Below, one piece after another: positions 47,034 to 56,179 of a stretch of DNA of 64,000 nt. Numbering within the stretch: the first letter of the stretch is position 1; each line of letters opens with the position of its first letter. The notes under the pieces were generated by a model, which searched no databases, was not told the origin of the DNA, and saw only the letters and a program-made list of their open reading frames with translations. Made by a program: the position numbers and the translations under genes. Location of the stretch: the sequence record MW021758.1; one strand, given 5' to 3'.

Positions 47034-47069
47034 GGAGAGGGCAAACGCCCTCTCCGCTATTTTCTTTTT
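47034..47069. terminator. Terminator between convergent spike and fibre operons
   Basis: ggagagggc-aaac-gccctctcc followed by a T-rich tract. Confidence 0.7.
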
Positions 47070-47595
47070 ACGGCGGATCTCCGTAGATGACTCGGTCTAA
47101 CCGAAGCCAACTATACGTCTTACCGTCACCTTGGTTAGAGTTACCGTAGTTCCACAGACGGAGCACGTGACCTGGCTGTACGTTACAACCCATTACCGGA
47201 GATTGTTGTTCACCAGTGCGGTCATCCGCTTTCCATTGAACGCCCGGATCGCTCTCTCCAATGCCAAAGTTACCACCCGAACCATGGAGAGAACCTTGCC
47301 ACTTAGAAATGTTGAAGGAGAATACAATCCCAATAATGGGGCGGTAAATCTCCAGCCACCAATCCGCGTAGCAAACAGTACTCCCCCAAACAGTCCCTGG
47401 CATCCCGCCACCACGACCCCAAGCCATTACGGTTTGGTTGTAGATAGGCATCTGAGCATTGGCTTTATCCCAGACAGGCCACCACTTACCGTTGGTGTTA
47501 GTGTAGATCTGTTTGACGTTTCGCCAAGCACCACCACTGTTAACGTATGCTCTATTACAGGGACGCCAAGCGCCCCCTGAGTTAACGTAAAGCAC
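47068..47595 (-). CDS. Tail fibre tip / adhesin-like protein (175 aa, GTG start)
   Basis: N-terminal Trp repeats YVNSGGAWR x2 and NTNGKW; directly follows the fibre gene. Confidence 0.6.
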   Translation of the reverse strand: MLYVNSGGAWRPCNRAYVNSGGAWRNVKQIYTNTNGKWWPVWDKANAQMPIYNQTVMAWGRGGGMPGTVWGSTVCYADWWLEIYRPIIGIVFSFNISKWQGSLHGSGGNFGIGESDPGVQWKADDRTGEQQSPVMGCNVQPGHVLRLWNYGNSNQGDGKTYSWLRLDRVIYGDPP

Positions 47596-47606
47596 GATTA
47601 CCTCGC

Positions 47607-48959
47607 TTAACCTAACTGGTACCAGATATGGTCGCCGCTAAATCCGTTAGTCGAACCAGGACCGTTCCAACTGATGGTGCGTTGGGCTTCGTGGAAACGA
47701 CGAATGGATAGAGGGGAAGCAAAGGTGTTATTGCTCCACCCGGCCGCTGCTGTCCCTTCGTTCGCTGCACCCCAGTTAGGAACGTTCCCTAAACCAACTT
47801 GGGCTGCCGTAACTCCATGTGGGTTATCGCGACGGTTAACGTGCGCTGCAACTGCTGGATCCGGGTTGCCCGAGGTATAGATACGTCCCAACTGAGTACT
47901 ATCAACTTGAGCAATCAGACCACCTGCTGACCAACCGATCTGCACCGTGTTATTCAGCATGTTAACGCCGCCACCCTGTTGAACCTGACGAACGTTAGCC
48001 ACTGCACCTAAACCAACTTGTGCGGCAGTTACGCCGTGCGGGTTGTTTCGGTTAGCGATGTGACTACTGATCTTAGGATCGATGTTCAGGGTGTTAAACT
48101 TAGTGATCGCTTGCCAAGTGCGCAGAGCTGTCATGACCACTTCGTTAGCAGTACCTGCCTCAGCTTCAGGTTGAGTTGCAGGGCGGTAGTTCTCCACTGC
48201 CCCTAGACCGACTTGTGCTTTGGTGGTATTGTGCGGGTTATCTTTATCCCCGATGTGTTTATCGGTACGATCGCTTAATGCCTTCAGATCGAGGTTAGTC
48301 GAATCGACACGGACGTTGACGGCTTCAATACGAGCAGCCAACTCATTGTCCATGTTGTGGAGGTCATTCAGGTTGTCGTCCAGATACTTTTTGATTCGCT
48401 CAATGTAATCGTAAAGTACATCGTGGGAGCTGACGTCACCTTGGTAGATAGCCTGGACGATATCTTCCAACGACATGACCACGTATTCCAAACCGTAAAG
48501 GTCGGTTGCAGAGGTCAGGTGTTTTGATGGGTTGAACTCAGTTGGTTTCCCCAGGATATCATCCCAGCGAACTGGGCGGTTGTCCTGTTGGATCTCATTA
48601 AGGAGTTTACCAATCACGTTAACGGAAGTACTGTACGGGCCACCGACAACTTGATAAGTCAGGTTAACATCGGTGTGATCCAGGTTTAGAATCTGAACCA
48701 TGGTACAGACAGGCTTACCGATACGGAGCTCAGCCTCTTGTTCAGGATAAAGCAACTTATAGTCGTAATCCCGAACCAGAACTTTGGCGGTGATTGCATC
48801 AGTCACCACCATCGAGTCGGAATAGTACGGCCCGGCATATGGAGCTAATGCACGGTTGTATTCACGACCAACGGTACGGCGTTCATTGATGATACGGTTA
48901 GTAATCGCATTACCTGTCGGGTCATACGGGTACTTAACTACTTCAACGTTCGTAGACAT
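47607..48959 (-). CDS. Tail fibre protein (450 aa)
   Basis: Three H..xxNPH.xT.AQVGLG.V.N repeats; QQGGGVNMLNNTVQIGW...QVDSTQLG; C-terminal GDHIWYQLG. Confidence 0.8.
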   Translation of the reverse strand: MSTNVEVVKYPYDPTGNAITNRIINERRTVGREYNRALAPYAGPYYSDSMVVTDAITAKVLVRDYDYKLLYPEQEAELRIGKPVCTMVQILNLDHTDVNLTYQVVGGPYSTSVNVIGKLLNEIQQDNRPVRWDDILGKPTEFNPSKHLTSATDLYGLEYVVMSLEDIVQAIYQGDVSSHDVLYDYIERIKKYLDDNLNDLHNMDNELAARIEAVNVRVDSTNLDLKALSDRTDKHIGDKDNPHNTTKAQVGLGAVENYRPATQPEAEAGTANEVVMTALRTWQAITKFNTLNIDPKISSHIANRNNPHGVTAAQVGLGAVANVRQVQQGGGVNMLNNTVQIGWSAGGLIAQVDSTQLGRIYTSGNPDPAVAAHVNRRDNPHGVTAAQVGLGNVPNWGAANEGTAAAGWSNNTFASPLSIRRFHEAQRTISWNGPGSTNGFSGDHIWYQLG

Positions 48960-48970
48960 TGTTTACCTCG

Positions 48971-51199
48971 TTAAACAGAGACAGGTTGCGTGATGGCGAA
49001 GTACTCTTCTGGTGCAGTCACCGCGAAGCACTCCCCGGTAGCGTAGTTGTAGCAACGACGACCGGCAGTCAGATCATTACTGATCATTTGCGAATCGTTA
49101 GTAGTCACTACTGTCCAGGTGTTGTTACTGAACGTGTAATCCAGGTAATCGATAACATCAACGATTTTCCCAGTAAAGGCAGGCATGGAGACAGGAGTAA
49201 ACTCCGTCGGCGCACTACCTACGTTCACGTAACCTGCACGCCACGTATAGTTGGTCGCATTGAAGACCAGCGCAGAGATATCGACGTTGACGGTGGTTGT
49301 ACCTACGGTCACGGCGATATTCTTACCTGAAACTGTACACGTTACTTGAACCGAAGTACCGGTCAGAGAAGCCAAGGCTACGTCTGGGCCGTAAGTCCAG
49401 TTTTGGTTTTCGTACGTACCCAGGTAACATGCTTTGTTCTTAAAGAAGATCGCAGCGTATTTAACTGGGTCGGTATCTGTTCCTTGATAACCGAAGATGA
49501 AACCTGGTTGAATCCCGGTGCTACTTGCATCAACGAAAGCACGCTGATAATAAGTCGCCGGAGAAGGAGACAGAATGACACTGACAGCGGAGTCACGGTT
49601 AAACGGTGACTTGATGGTGCGCAACGTACTTGTCCAGGTGTTGTTCAAACCACTCGACAGGTTAGGCATCGTCGCAACAAACATCGTCGCAGGGAAACCT
49701 TTAGCCAACGTATCCATGTAAGCTGGTTGGATACTGTAAGCTTTCACCAGATCTTTATTAAGGATTGCCAGGTTGGTTCCCTTAGGATCCATGTAGACCT
49801 GGGTTTTACTCGGATCGATAGCTTCGGCGTCGGTTGCGAAACCGGCGTTAACTACCAGACCCAGACCCACGTCGTCTTTGGTCATGTTCAGACCATTGGC
49901 AATCTGCTGGTCGATATATACACGAGCAACAGCACTCCACCAACTACCCAGGTTCTGAGGAGAAAGATACAGGTCAGAACGAGTCATGGCGTTTGCATCA
50001 GATGCGTTAGCCATTGCGTAGTTGTTCACCAAGTCCAGGCCTACTTGAGCAGCTGTAACTTCGTGAGGGTTATTGTGGTTGTTGATGTGTTCGATCAGCG
50101 GTTGTTCGGAGCCGTTCTTCAGCGCCAGGTTGACCAAGTACGGAGACATGAACGTATTTCGGTTCACACCACCAATTGCTTGCTCTTCCGTGGCCATTGG
50201 GAAGTTAGGTACGTTACCCAAACCTACCTGGGTTGCAGTAACATTGTGCGGGTTGTCCTGGCGATCGGTGTGCGAACGCATCAGAACTGGAACCAGAGTC
50301 TGTACCAACGTAGTGGTTGTACTCGGTACCATGTAAAGGTTATCGGCTACGCCAGCAGCTGCTTCGTTTTGGTTGGCAGCACGCCAGTTGTTAACCAGAC
50401 CCAAACCAACTTGAGCCGCAGTTACGTTATGCGGGTTACTGTCGTCTGCTTTGTGGGCATCGATAACCGGGATAACGTTCGCGTTAGTAAATTGCTTCGT
50501 ACGGAGAGCGGTCATGTAGTAGGTATTATCCGTACCACCTTCCGCTTGCTCTTTAGATGCAGGTACCAAGTTACCCAGCTGGTCAATACCCAGATCTGCC
50601 AGGGTAATGTGGTGCGGGTTGTTGTGGTCCTGGATGTGCTCCATCAACGCTTCCATCGCTTTGACGTTACCTTCACGGATAGCATCAGCAATGTTGTAGT
50701 TAGAAGCAACAACCTCTGACATCCCTACCATGTCTTCAGCGTTAACACGGTGAGGGATCGGCGGGAACTCAGTTGGCAAGTCTACGATAGACCCCCAAGT
50801 GACCGTGCGCGGGTCGATCTGTTTGTTAGCGAGGATCTCAAGAACTTGAGACTCACTCAGAACGAATTCACCACCGAGAGTCTGGTAATCGATCTCGATA
50901 TTACCCGACAAAGTACGGTCGTTAAATACGATCGCACCATAGACTGGTTGCATACTGCCACTTACCAGGATCTGGTCGAAACGGAAACCGAAATAGTAGT
51001 CTACGTTAGGACGCAATCTTGCACCGGTAGAGGAGTTACGAACAACGATGTCTCTTCGGAAAAAAGGAGCAAAGCGTGGGACGACAAAGTTAAAATCTGT
51101 ACCATTAACGGCAGTAATGGTATGTGGTTCTGATACGATCTTGTTCTCGGGATTTGTCCCGTATGGATCAAAGTCGTACTGATACTTAGTATTGTTCAT
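48971..51199 (-). CDS. Tail fibre protein (742 aa)
   Basis: YQYDFDPYGTNPENKI N-terminus paralogous to the next gene; about five NPH..TAAQVGL repeats; variable C-terminal domain. Confidence 0.8.
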   Translation of the reverse strand: MNNTKYQYDFDPYGTNPENKIVSEPHTITAVNGTDFNFVVPRFAPFFRRDIVVRNSSTGARLRPNVDYYFGFRFDQILVSGSMQPVYGAIVFNDRTLSGNIEIDYQTLGGEFVLSESQVLEILANKQIDPRTVTWGSIVDLPTEFPPIPHRVNAEDMVGMSEVVASNYNIADAIREGNVKAMEALMEHIQDHNNPHHITLADLGIDQLGNLVPASKEQAEGGTDNTYYMTALRTKQFTNANVIPVIDAHKADDSNPHNVTAAQVGLGLVNNWRAANQNEAAAGVADNLYMVPSTTTTLVQTLVPVLMRSHTDRQDNPHNVTATQVGLGNVPNFPMATEEQAIGGVNRNTFMSPYLVNLALKNGSEQPLIEHINNHNNPHEVTAAQVGLDLVNNYAMANASDANAMTRSDLYLSPQNLGSWWSAVARVYIDQQIANGLNMTKDDVGLGLVVNAGFATDAEAIDPSKTQVYMDPKGTNLAILNKDLVKAYSIQPAYMDTLAKGFPATMFVATMPNLSSGLNNTWTSTLRTIKSPFNRDSAVSVILSPSPATYYQRAFVDASSTGIQPGFIFGYQGTDTDPVKYAAIFFKNKACYLGTYENQNWTYGPDVALASLTGTSVQVTCTVSGKNIAVTVGTTTVNVDISALVFNATNYTWRAGYVNVGSAPTEFTPVSMPAFTGKIVDVIDYLDYTFSNNTWTVVTTNDSQMISNDLTAGRRCYNYATGECFAVTAPEEYFAITQPVSV

Positions 51200-51265
51200 A
51201 TTAGCCTCAGTTCATCCATCGGCCGATGGGTAACATACAAATGCGTCGCCTAAACAGGAGAAAGT

Positions 51266-52516
51266 ATGTACCAGATAGTGACCGCGCAAGCTATCCCTAA
51301 GGGGAATTACGGTGACTGGCAGAACGTTAACCTAAAAGGGATGCGTTTGAATGACATTTTCCAACTGTATCACCTTTGCATGGTACAGTTGTTCGACACC
51401 GATAAAAATATTACAGGTTGGTTGGACTTGTACCAGCTTCCCATTCAATTAAGAACTTCACCGGCTGAAATAGAACGTTGGTTGGAAATCACTTCCCCAC
51501 TGAATCTCTACGAAGATGATCCTACGGGGATGAAAGGTGAGCACTACGTCAGAGCTATGTTTGCTAATGCCTTTGAAATGAAAACCACTGGCATTAACTT
51601 TAGCTTTGCTGAAAGTGAAAACCTTCTTCCCGACCAGCGTGTCGATATCATGCTTAAAAAAGATGGTATTGACGACTATGAAAGAATCGTCCGTAACGCC
51701 TTGTTTACAACTAACGGTTTGATTTTCCGGGCAGATACTTTACCTACTGGCGGCATTGCCTTATTAGGGGCAGGCGCGGCAGCAGCGAAGTACAACGACA
51801 ACCGAGTGGGTATCCTTGACTTCAGTAGTATTGCCGAAATTAAGACATACAACATCACGGATGAAATGATCCGAGGTGGCGGTAAAGATTTACCTCTGTC
51901 CCGTGGCTTCTTTATTGATACTCCGGAAGACCTCATCGGTAAGACGGTAGGTATCGTTGTAGCAGGTCAAATGCATCTGTTGAACGGCACTCTGTCAATC
52001 GTAGGCGATCGTCGCGTTAAGTTCAACACGCAGTTGTTGGATTTCCCTGACATCTTCTATACGACTTATGGTACATTGGATTTGAGTTCGATTCCTCTGT
52101 CTAAAGATGCCAACTCACCAGACCAATTCGTCACCAGTCAATTCACCTCTGACGATTCAATTAAAGCATTCCTGAAATTGTCTCAGTCATTCCTCTTCAT
52201 TATCCAAACCAATAACATCACGGTTGAGAACTTGAAGATTAAGGAAACCGAATTGCCAGGTATGTACTTGACACCTGGTCAAGAGTTACCTGACCTACCG
52301 CTTCAATTGGGCAGCGGTTTCTTGGTTGAGTACAACGTAGAAGAACGCGATGGCTTCTGGGCGATCGGCGTGCCTCGTCACGACTACTACAACTATATCC
52401 GCCACAGTACTTCTGTCACCGATGCTACGGTTATCCGTGACCAGCGTTATGGGTATAAACGTGCGTGGCGTTCTCGGGCTGGTTTCTTACTTATTAAACG
52501 AGTGAGCGTGCTATGA
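51266..52516 (+). CDS. Virion structural protein (416 aa)
   Basis: AGGAG RBS; divergent from the fibre genes; function inferred from context. Confidence 0.6.
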   Translation: MYQIVTAQAIPKGNYGDWQNVNLKGMRLNDIFQLYHLCMVQLFDTDKNITGWLDLYQLPIQLRTSPAEIERWLEITSPLNLYEDDPTGMKGEHYVRAMFANAFEMKTTGINFSFAESENLLPDQRVDIMLKKDGIDDYERIVRNALFTTNGLIFRADTLPTGGIALLGAGAAAAKYNDNRVGILDFSSIAEIKTYNITDEMIRGGGKDLPLSRGFFIDTPEDLIGKTVGIVVAGQMHLLNGTLSIVGDRRVKFNTQLLDFPDIFYTTYGTLDLSSIPLSKDANSPDQFVTSQFTSDDSIKAFLKLSQSFLFIIQTNNITVENLKIKETELPGMYLTPGQELPDLPLQLGSGFLVEYNVEERDGFWAIGVPRHDYYNYIRHSTSVTDATVIRDQRYGYKRAWRSRAGFLLIKRVSVL

Positions 52517-53121
52517 ATCCTAAAGGGTTGATCTCCGCATTCCTTGGCCAGTATAAACTCTACATTTACATTGCGTTGATTGCGATTGCCTCTACCTACA
52601 TTGTAGTTAAGGTTAATCAATACATCAACGCACAAGTAGAGAAGCGACTCACTGATGCACGTAACTCAATGCTCTCTGAATTGCAGAAAGGCCTTCAAGC
52701 CGGTTTGGACGATAAACTGAATGGTCTTAGTAAGTCAATGGATGACGGTTTCGATAAACTCAATAAAGGCCTTAATGATGCTAAAACGAATATTGATAAG
52801 CAGCGCACTCAGCTTGACAGTATTGGCGATGTCTGGTTGCGCGTTGACGCCACCAAAGGCGCCGACGGAAACGCTGGAGATAAAGGTAAAGGAAGTCAAG
52901 TTACCGGAAGTCCAGCCGGAAGTAATGGAACCTATTACGCCAAACTTCCAGAATCGTCTGTGCAATTTCTTAAAGGGGAAGCCTATCGAGCAGATCAATG
53001 CGCCGTGTATCTAGGTGCAGCTCAAGAAGCTCTGGTGCAGTATAAAGGAGCGTTTGAGAAGTATCAGCAATACGTTCGCGAAGCTTTAGATCAGGCAAAG
53101 AAAACCCACGATGCAAAATAA
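52513..53121 (+). CDS. Inner-membrane spanin (Rz-like) (202 aa)
   Basis: N-terminal TM YIYIALIAIASTYIVV; periplasmic coiled coil; VWLRVDA motif; C-terminal RADQC; contains an embedded lipoprotein ORF. Confidence 0.75.
   Translation: MNPKGLISAFLGQYKLYIYIALIAIASTYIVVKVNQYINAQVEKRLTDARNSMLSELQKGLQAGLDDKLNGLSKSMDDGFDKLNKGLNDAKTNIDKQRTQLDSIGDVWLRVDATKGADGNAGDKGKGSQVTGSPAGSNGTYYAKLPESSVQFLKGEAYRADQCAVYLGAAQEALVQYKGAFEKYQQYVREALDQAKKTHDAK
52775..53014 (+). CDS. Outer-membrane spanin lipoprotein (Rz1-like), embedded in another frame (79 aa)
   Basis: MMLKRILISSALSLTVLAMSG-C signal peptide/lipobox; Pro-rich linker; two C-terminal Cys; AAAGG RBS upstream. Confidence 0.75.
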   Translation: MMLKRILISSALSLTVLAMSGCALTPPKAPTETLEIKVKEVKLPEVQPEVMEPITPNFQNRLCNFLKGKPIEQINAPCI

Positions 53122-53146
53122 GGAAAGGGGCAAACGCCCCTTTCCT
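53121..53146. terminator. Bidirectional terminator
   Basis: aggaaaggggc-aaac-gcccctttcct between convergent genes. Confidence 0.7.
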
Positions 53147-53722
53147 CTATGATTGATCAGTTTTGTTTCGGTTACGTACAACGCTGACTATTTCACCAAT
53201 CGTACCGTTCTTCAGGTTATCCCCGAATACAGCAGAAAGGATATCTCGTCGTTCCTTGTTGATGATGCCCATGTAGTACCAAGCGATACACATGGTAGGA
53301 ATAATCACCGTAGCGACCAACATGGTGCTGGGGAATTCTTTCCGAGCGATAGAGACGATAACCGTTGCGGCTGTGATTGCGATGTTGCAACCAGCCATAA
53401 CCAGACACATCAGTACACCCATCCAGTTACGTGCCATTCTTTCACCAGGGCTTGGTTCGGTCAGGTCACGTATCTCTTTCTTCACACCACCCGCATTGTT
53501 GATCTTCGTGTCACTGATCTCAATGTCACGGATCTGGTTGCGGATAGTTTCGTCGACAGTGTCCAGTTTTCTCTTGAGGGCATCTGCCGTCATCGGACCA
53601 TGGTAGTCCGTGAGGTTCAATGCTTTACCCAAGAGTTTATCGAGAGCCTTGCCGTCCGTCGTAACCAAATAACCAATACCGATCGAGCCATAACTACTAT
53701 CGAGGAGTTCGCCCAGCTTCAT
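53147..53722 (-). CDS. Two-TM membrane protein, holin candidate (191 aa)
   Basis: Hydrophobic MGVLMCLVMAGCNIAITAATVIVSIA and TMLVATVIIPTMCIAWYYMGI; convergent with the spanins. Confidence 0.5.
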   Translation of the reverse strand: MKLGELLDSSYGSIGIGYLVTTDGKALDKLLGKALNLTDYHGPMTADALKRKLDTVDETIRNQIRDIEISDTKINNAGGVKKEIRDLTEPSPGERMARNWMGVLMCLVMAGCNIAITAATVIVSIARKEFPSTMLVATVIIPTMCIAWYYMGIINKERRDILSAVFGDNLKNGTIGEIVSVVRNRNKTDQS

Positions 53723-54347
53723 TTTCGATTACCTGCAATATTTTGGTTAACACAATATCCTGCAGATTCTCGATAGTATCAGTGCCATCTAATACGGAGT
53801 GGTCAACGGGAAGGCATTTGAAAGCCCATTCGTAACGTTCACGATGAGTGTCAAAGTCTTCCAGTATTCGTTTCTCGATATCGTCCAACTTACCGTCATT
53901 ACATTCCATAAGACGTTCTTTAGCTGACTCTTTATCGATATCCAAGAAGAAGACATGATCTGGATCGCATTCGTAATCGCCAATAACTTCGTTGTGAATA
54001 TTGGCTGCTGCCCAACGATTTGATTCGTTTTCCGTGTAAGCGATTGTAGAATAAACCCATCGGTCGACTAGAACGATCTTCCCAGCCTCTACAGAAGGTT
54101 TAATCACATGCTCCAGGTGTTCGCTACGGCTAGCATTAAATAACAGCACACGGGACGATTCAGAGAGTTTCTGATAGTATTTAGATTCATCAAAGAGCAG
54201 TAAGTCTCGAATCTGCTCACCGATGAGGGTACCGCCCGGTTCACGACAAACTACTACATCGTAACCCATTTCCCTGAGACGTTTAGCTACACCATCCCGA
54301 CAAGTCGTTTTTCCTGCCCCATCCATTCCTTCGAAGACGAAGAACAT
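53697..54347 (-). CDS. tmk: Thymidylate kinase (216 aa)
   Basis: FEGMDGAGKTT P-loop; REPGGT; LLFNASR; VLVDRWVYSTIAY; PDHVFFLDI. Confidence 0.95.
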   Translation of the reverse strand: MFFVFEGMDGAGKTTCRDGVAKRLREMGYDVVVCREPGGTLIGEQIRDLLLFDESKYYQKLSESSRVLLFNASRSEHLEHVIKPSVEAGKIVLVDRWVYSTIAYTENESNRWAAANIHNEVIGDYECDPDHVFFLDIDKESAKERLMECNDGKLDDIEKRILEDFDTHRERYEWAFKCLPVDHSVLDGTDTIENLQDIVLTKILQVIENEAGRTPR

Positions 54348-54931
54348 GCATCCGCTCCTTCAATAATACATTTCATTTCACTAAGCCATTTATCCATAGC
54401 CCAGTGGCCAATTGCAACCGCATCGACTGCGTGCTCATCCAGATCAGAAATGGCAACATTCTTGATCATGGTTTTCATTCGCTCTATTGCCAGGCGAACG
54501 ATTAACTTTTTATCCGGACTATCCGAGTTACGTGCACCTACTGCTTTCTTAGCAGCACTTGGTTCAACGGTAAGTAAATGCATCGTGTCGTCGTAACGTT
54601 GTAAGGCACGGCGAATGGTGACAATACCTTCGATCAGCGAACGGTAGGCATTAACCGCTTTGAATTTAAGGAAGGCAGATTCGCAGACGACGAGATGTGG
54701 CTTGAACGTTTTGAGAGACTCTACGACAAAGTCCTCACAAAGACGGTGACGTGCTCCACGCTCCCCGAGGATCATGTACGGATGACGTTCATGAAGAATA
54801 GGGTCTGGTTTGAAAGTAGTTGCGTAAACCAGCGTTTCGGTCATGTTGATTAAGTCGTATTCAATTACTGACAAACCGAAACAACGGCTCCCTGGGTCGA
54901 TGCCGATAACCCTGAATTTTGTATCACCCAT
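54287..54931 (-). CDS. ruvC: RuvC-like Holliday junction resolvase (214 aa from MGDTKF)
   Basis: VIGIDPGS, VVCESAF, KKAVG and DEHAVDAVAIG acidic catalytic pattern; GAGG before ATG 54931. Confidence 0.85.
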   Translation of the reverse strand: MGDTKFRVIGIDPGSRCFGLSVIEYDLINMTETLVYATTFKPDPILHERHPYMILGERGARHRLCEDFVVESLKTFKPHLVVCESAFLKFKAVNAYRSLIEGIVTIRRALQRYDDTMHLLTVEPSAAKKAVGARNSDSPDKKLIVRLAIERMKTMIKNVAISDLDEHAVDAVAIGHWAMDKWLSEMKCIIEGADACSSSSKEWMGQEKRLVGMV

Positions 54932-54978
54932 ATGACCCTCTGGAAGATTTAATATAAAAAAATAAGTAAGCATAAAAA

Positions 54979-55000
54979 AGTAGAGGCCGAAGCCCCTACT
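54979..55000 (-). terminator. Terminator with UUCG loop
   Basis: agtagaggc-cgaa-gcccctact with an A-tract on the plus strand. Confidence 0.65.
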
Positions 55001-55014
55001 TTTAATTATCGTCA

Positions 55015-56163
55015 TTAATATTCAGATTGGATGTCGTAACGCAGCACGGCATTGCCGCGAAGTACGCGTTGAGAACTCAACTTAACGCCAACCGAAATAG
55101 TCCAACCATGGATCGAACGTTTCTGTTCAATGCTCTGGATGGTCGCATTCAAGAAGGAGTTAAAGAGGTTAGACTTGTTAGTCTCACCCTGCAGCTTAGT
55201 CCAGTTAGACTGGATCATGCTAACAATGACGTTCACCAAGTTAACGTCCGTGATCGTATCGCCTAAACGATAAGTACGGATTGCACGTTGGTAATCAGAG
55301 AAGTCCAGCGGGTAGGTCGTGCTGTACGCAGAAGTTTGACCTGCGCCAGTACCACTCGGATAATCCAGACCGGCCAATGCAAAGACATTGAGTTTAGTCA
55401 AGTCGTAAGCAGGAGGATACTCCAAGCCCTGGAGATCACTAGTTTGGAATTTGCTGATGTCTGTCATCGGCGGATATTCCAGACCTTCCAGATCTGTGGT
55501 ATGGATAATAACACCCAAGTCGATATCGTCTGGGTATTCCAAACCTTCGAGATCGGTGATCGTAATGATCTTACCAAGATCGAAGTATTCTGGGTAATCC
55601 AATCCACTCAATGTACCATTGACCAATTCGTAGAAGACGCCTTTCAGCTCTTCTGGATGGAATCGATCCAGTGTACCATCTGGGATAAGCGTTTCCAGCG
55701 AGGTCTTCATGTTACGGAGCTTGAATCGGCAAGTCCCTGTCCAACCCCAACTGGAGTCAGCAAATGGCCATTCGATCAATTGCTCGTGGTCACCTACTTC
55801 GATAGACATGTCCAGTAGACCTGGAGCAAAGTCGTAATCTTCGAATGGAGGTAACCCGTATGCACGAGAAAGCTCTTTGAGCACCGCGCGGTTGTTGTAG
55901 CCTGAACCTACCTGAATCTTTACGTCGATCCCTTTAAAGAGGAGATCGTAATCGCGTTTGAAGAAGCGGATATCACGTAAACCAAAGTATCGACCAGAAA
56001 GATCTTTCGTCATCATCGTTTGACGACGGTCTAATGCATCGTAGCTGAGCCACGTGACTTCGAGGTTGTCCTCGGTAAAGTCTGCACCAAACTGAGCATT
56101 CTTCTTATTGATTAAATCGATAACTTCAGCCTTGATGGTATCGTGGCCAAAGATAGTACTCAT
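55015..56163 (-). CDS. Baseplate-associated structural protein with internal repeats (382 aa)
   Basis: Paralogous N-domain (Y.G...F.R.DL..LF.GI, W.G); five L-x-G-L-x-Y-P repeats. Confidence 0.65.
   Translation of the reverse strand: MSTIFGHDTIKAEVIDLINKKNAQFGADFTEDNLEVTWLSYDALDRRQTMMTKDLSGRYFGLRDIRFFKRDYDLLFKGIDVKIQVGSGYNNRAVLKELSRAYGLPPFEDYDFAPGLLDMSIEVGDHEQLIEWPFADSSWGWTGTCRFKLRNMKTSLETLIPDGTLDRFHPEELKGVFYELVNGTLSGLDYPEYFDLGKIITITDLEGLEYPDDIDLGVIIHTTDLEGLEYPPMTDISKFQTSDLQGLEYPPAYDLTKLNVFALAGLDYPSGTGAGQTSAYSTTYPLDFSDYQRAIRTYRLGDTITDVNLVNVIVSMIQSNWTKLQGETNKSNLFNSFLNATIQSIEQKRSIHGWTISVGVKLSSQRVLRGNAVLRYDIQSEY
55357..55611 (-). repeat. Five tandem 19-20-aa coding repeats (LSGLDYP, LEGLEYP, LEGLEYP, LQGLEYP, LAGLDYP)
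   Basis: Read directly from residues about 185-269 of the 382-aa protein. Confidence 0.85.
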
Positions 56164-56179
56164 TTACCGCTCCTTCGTT

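Noticed and set aside
54932-55015. N-terminal extension of the RuvC ORF
   Set aside because: It runs through a terminator hairpin and A-tract; ATG 54931 has a good RBS.
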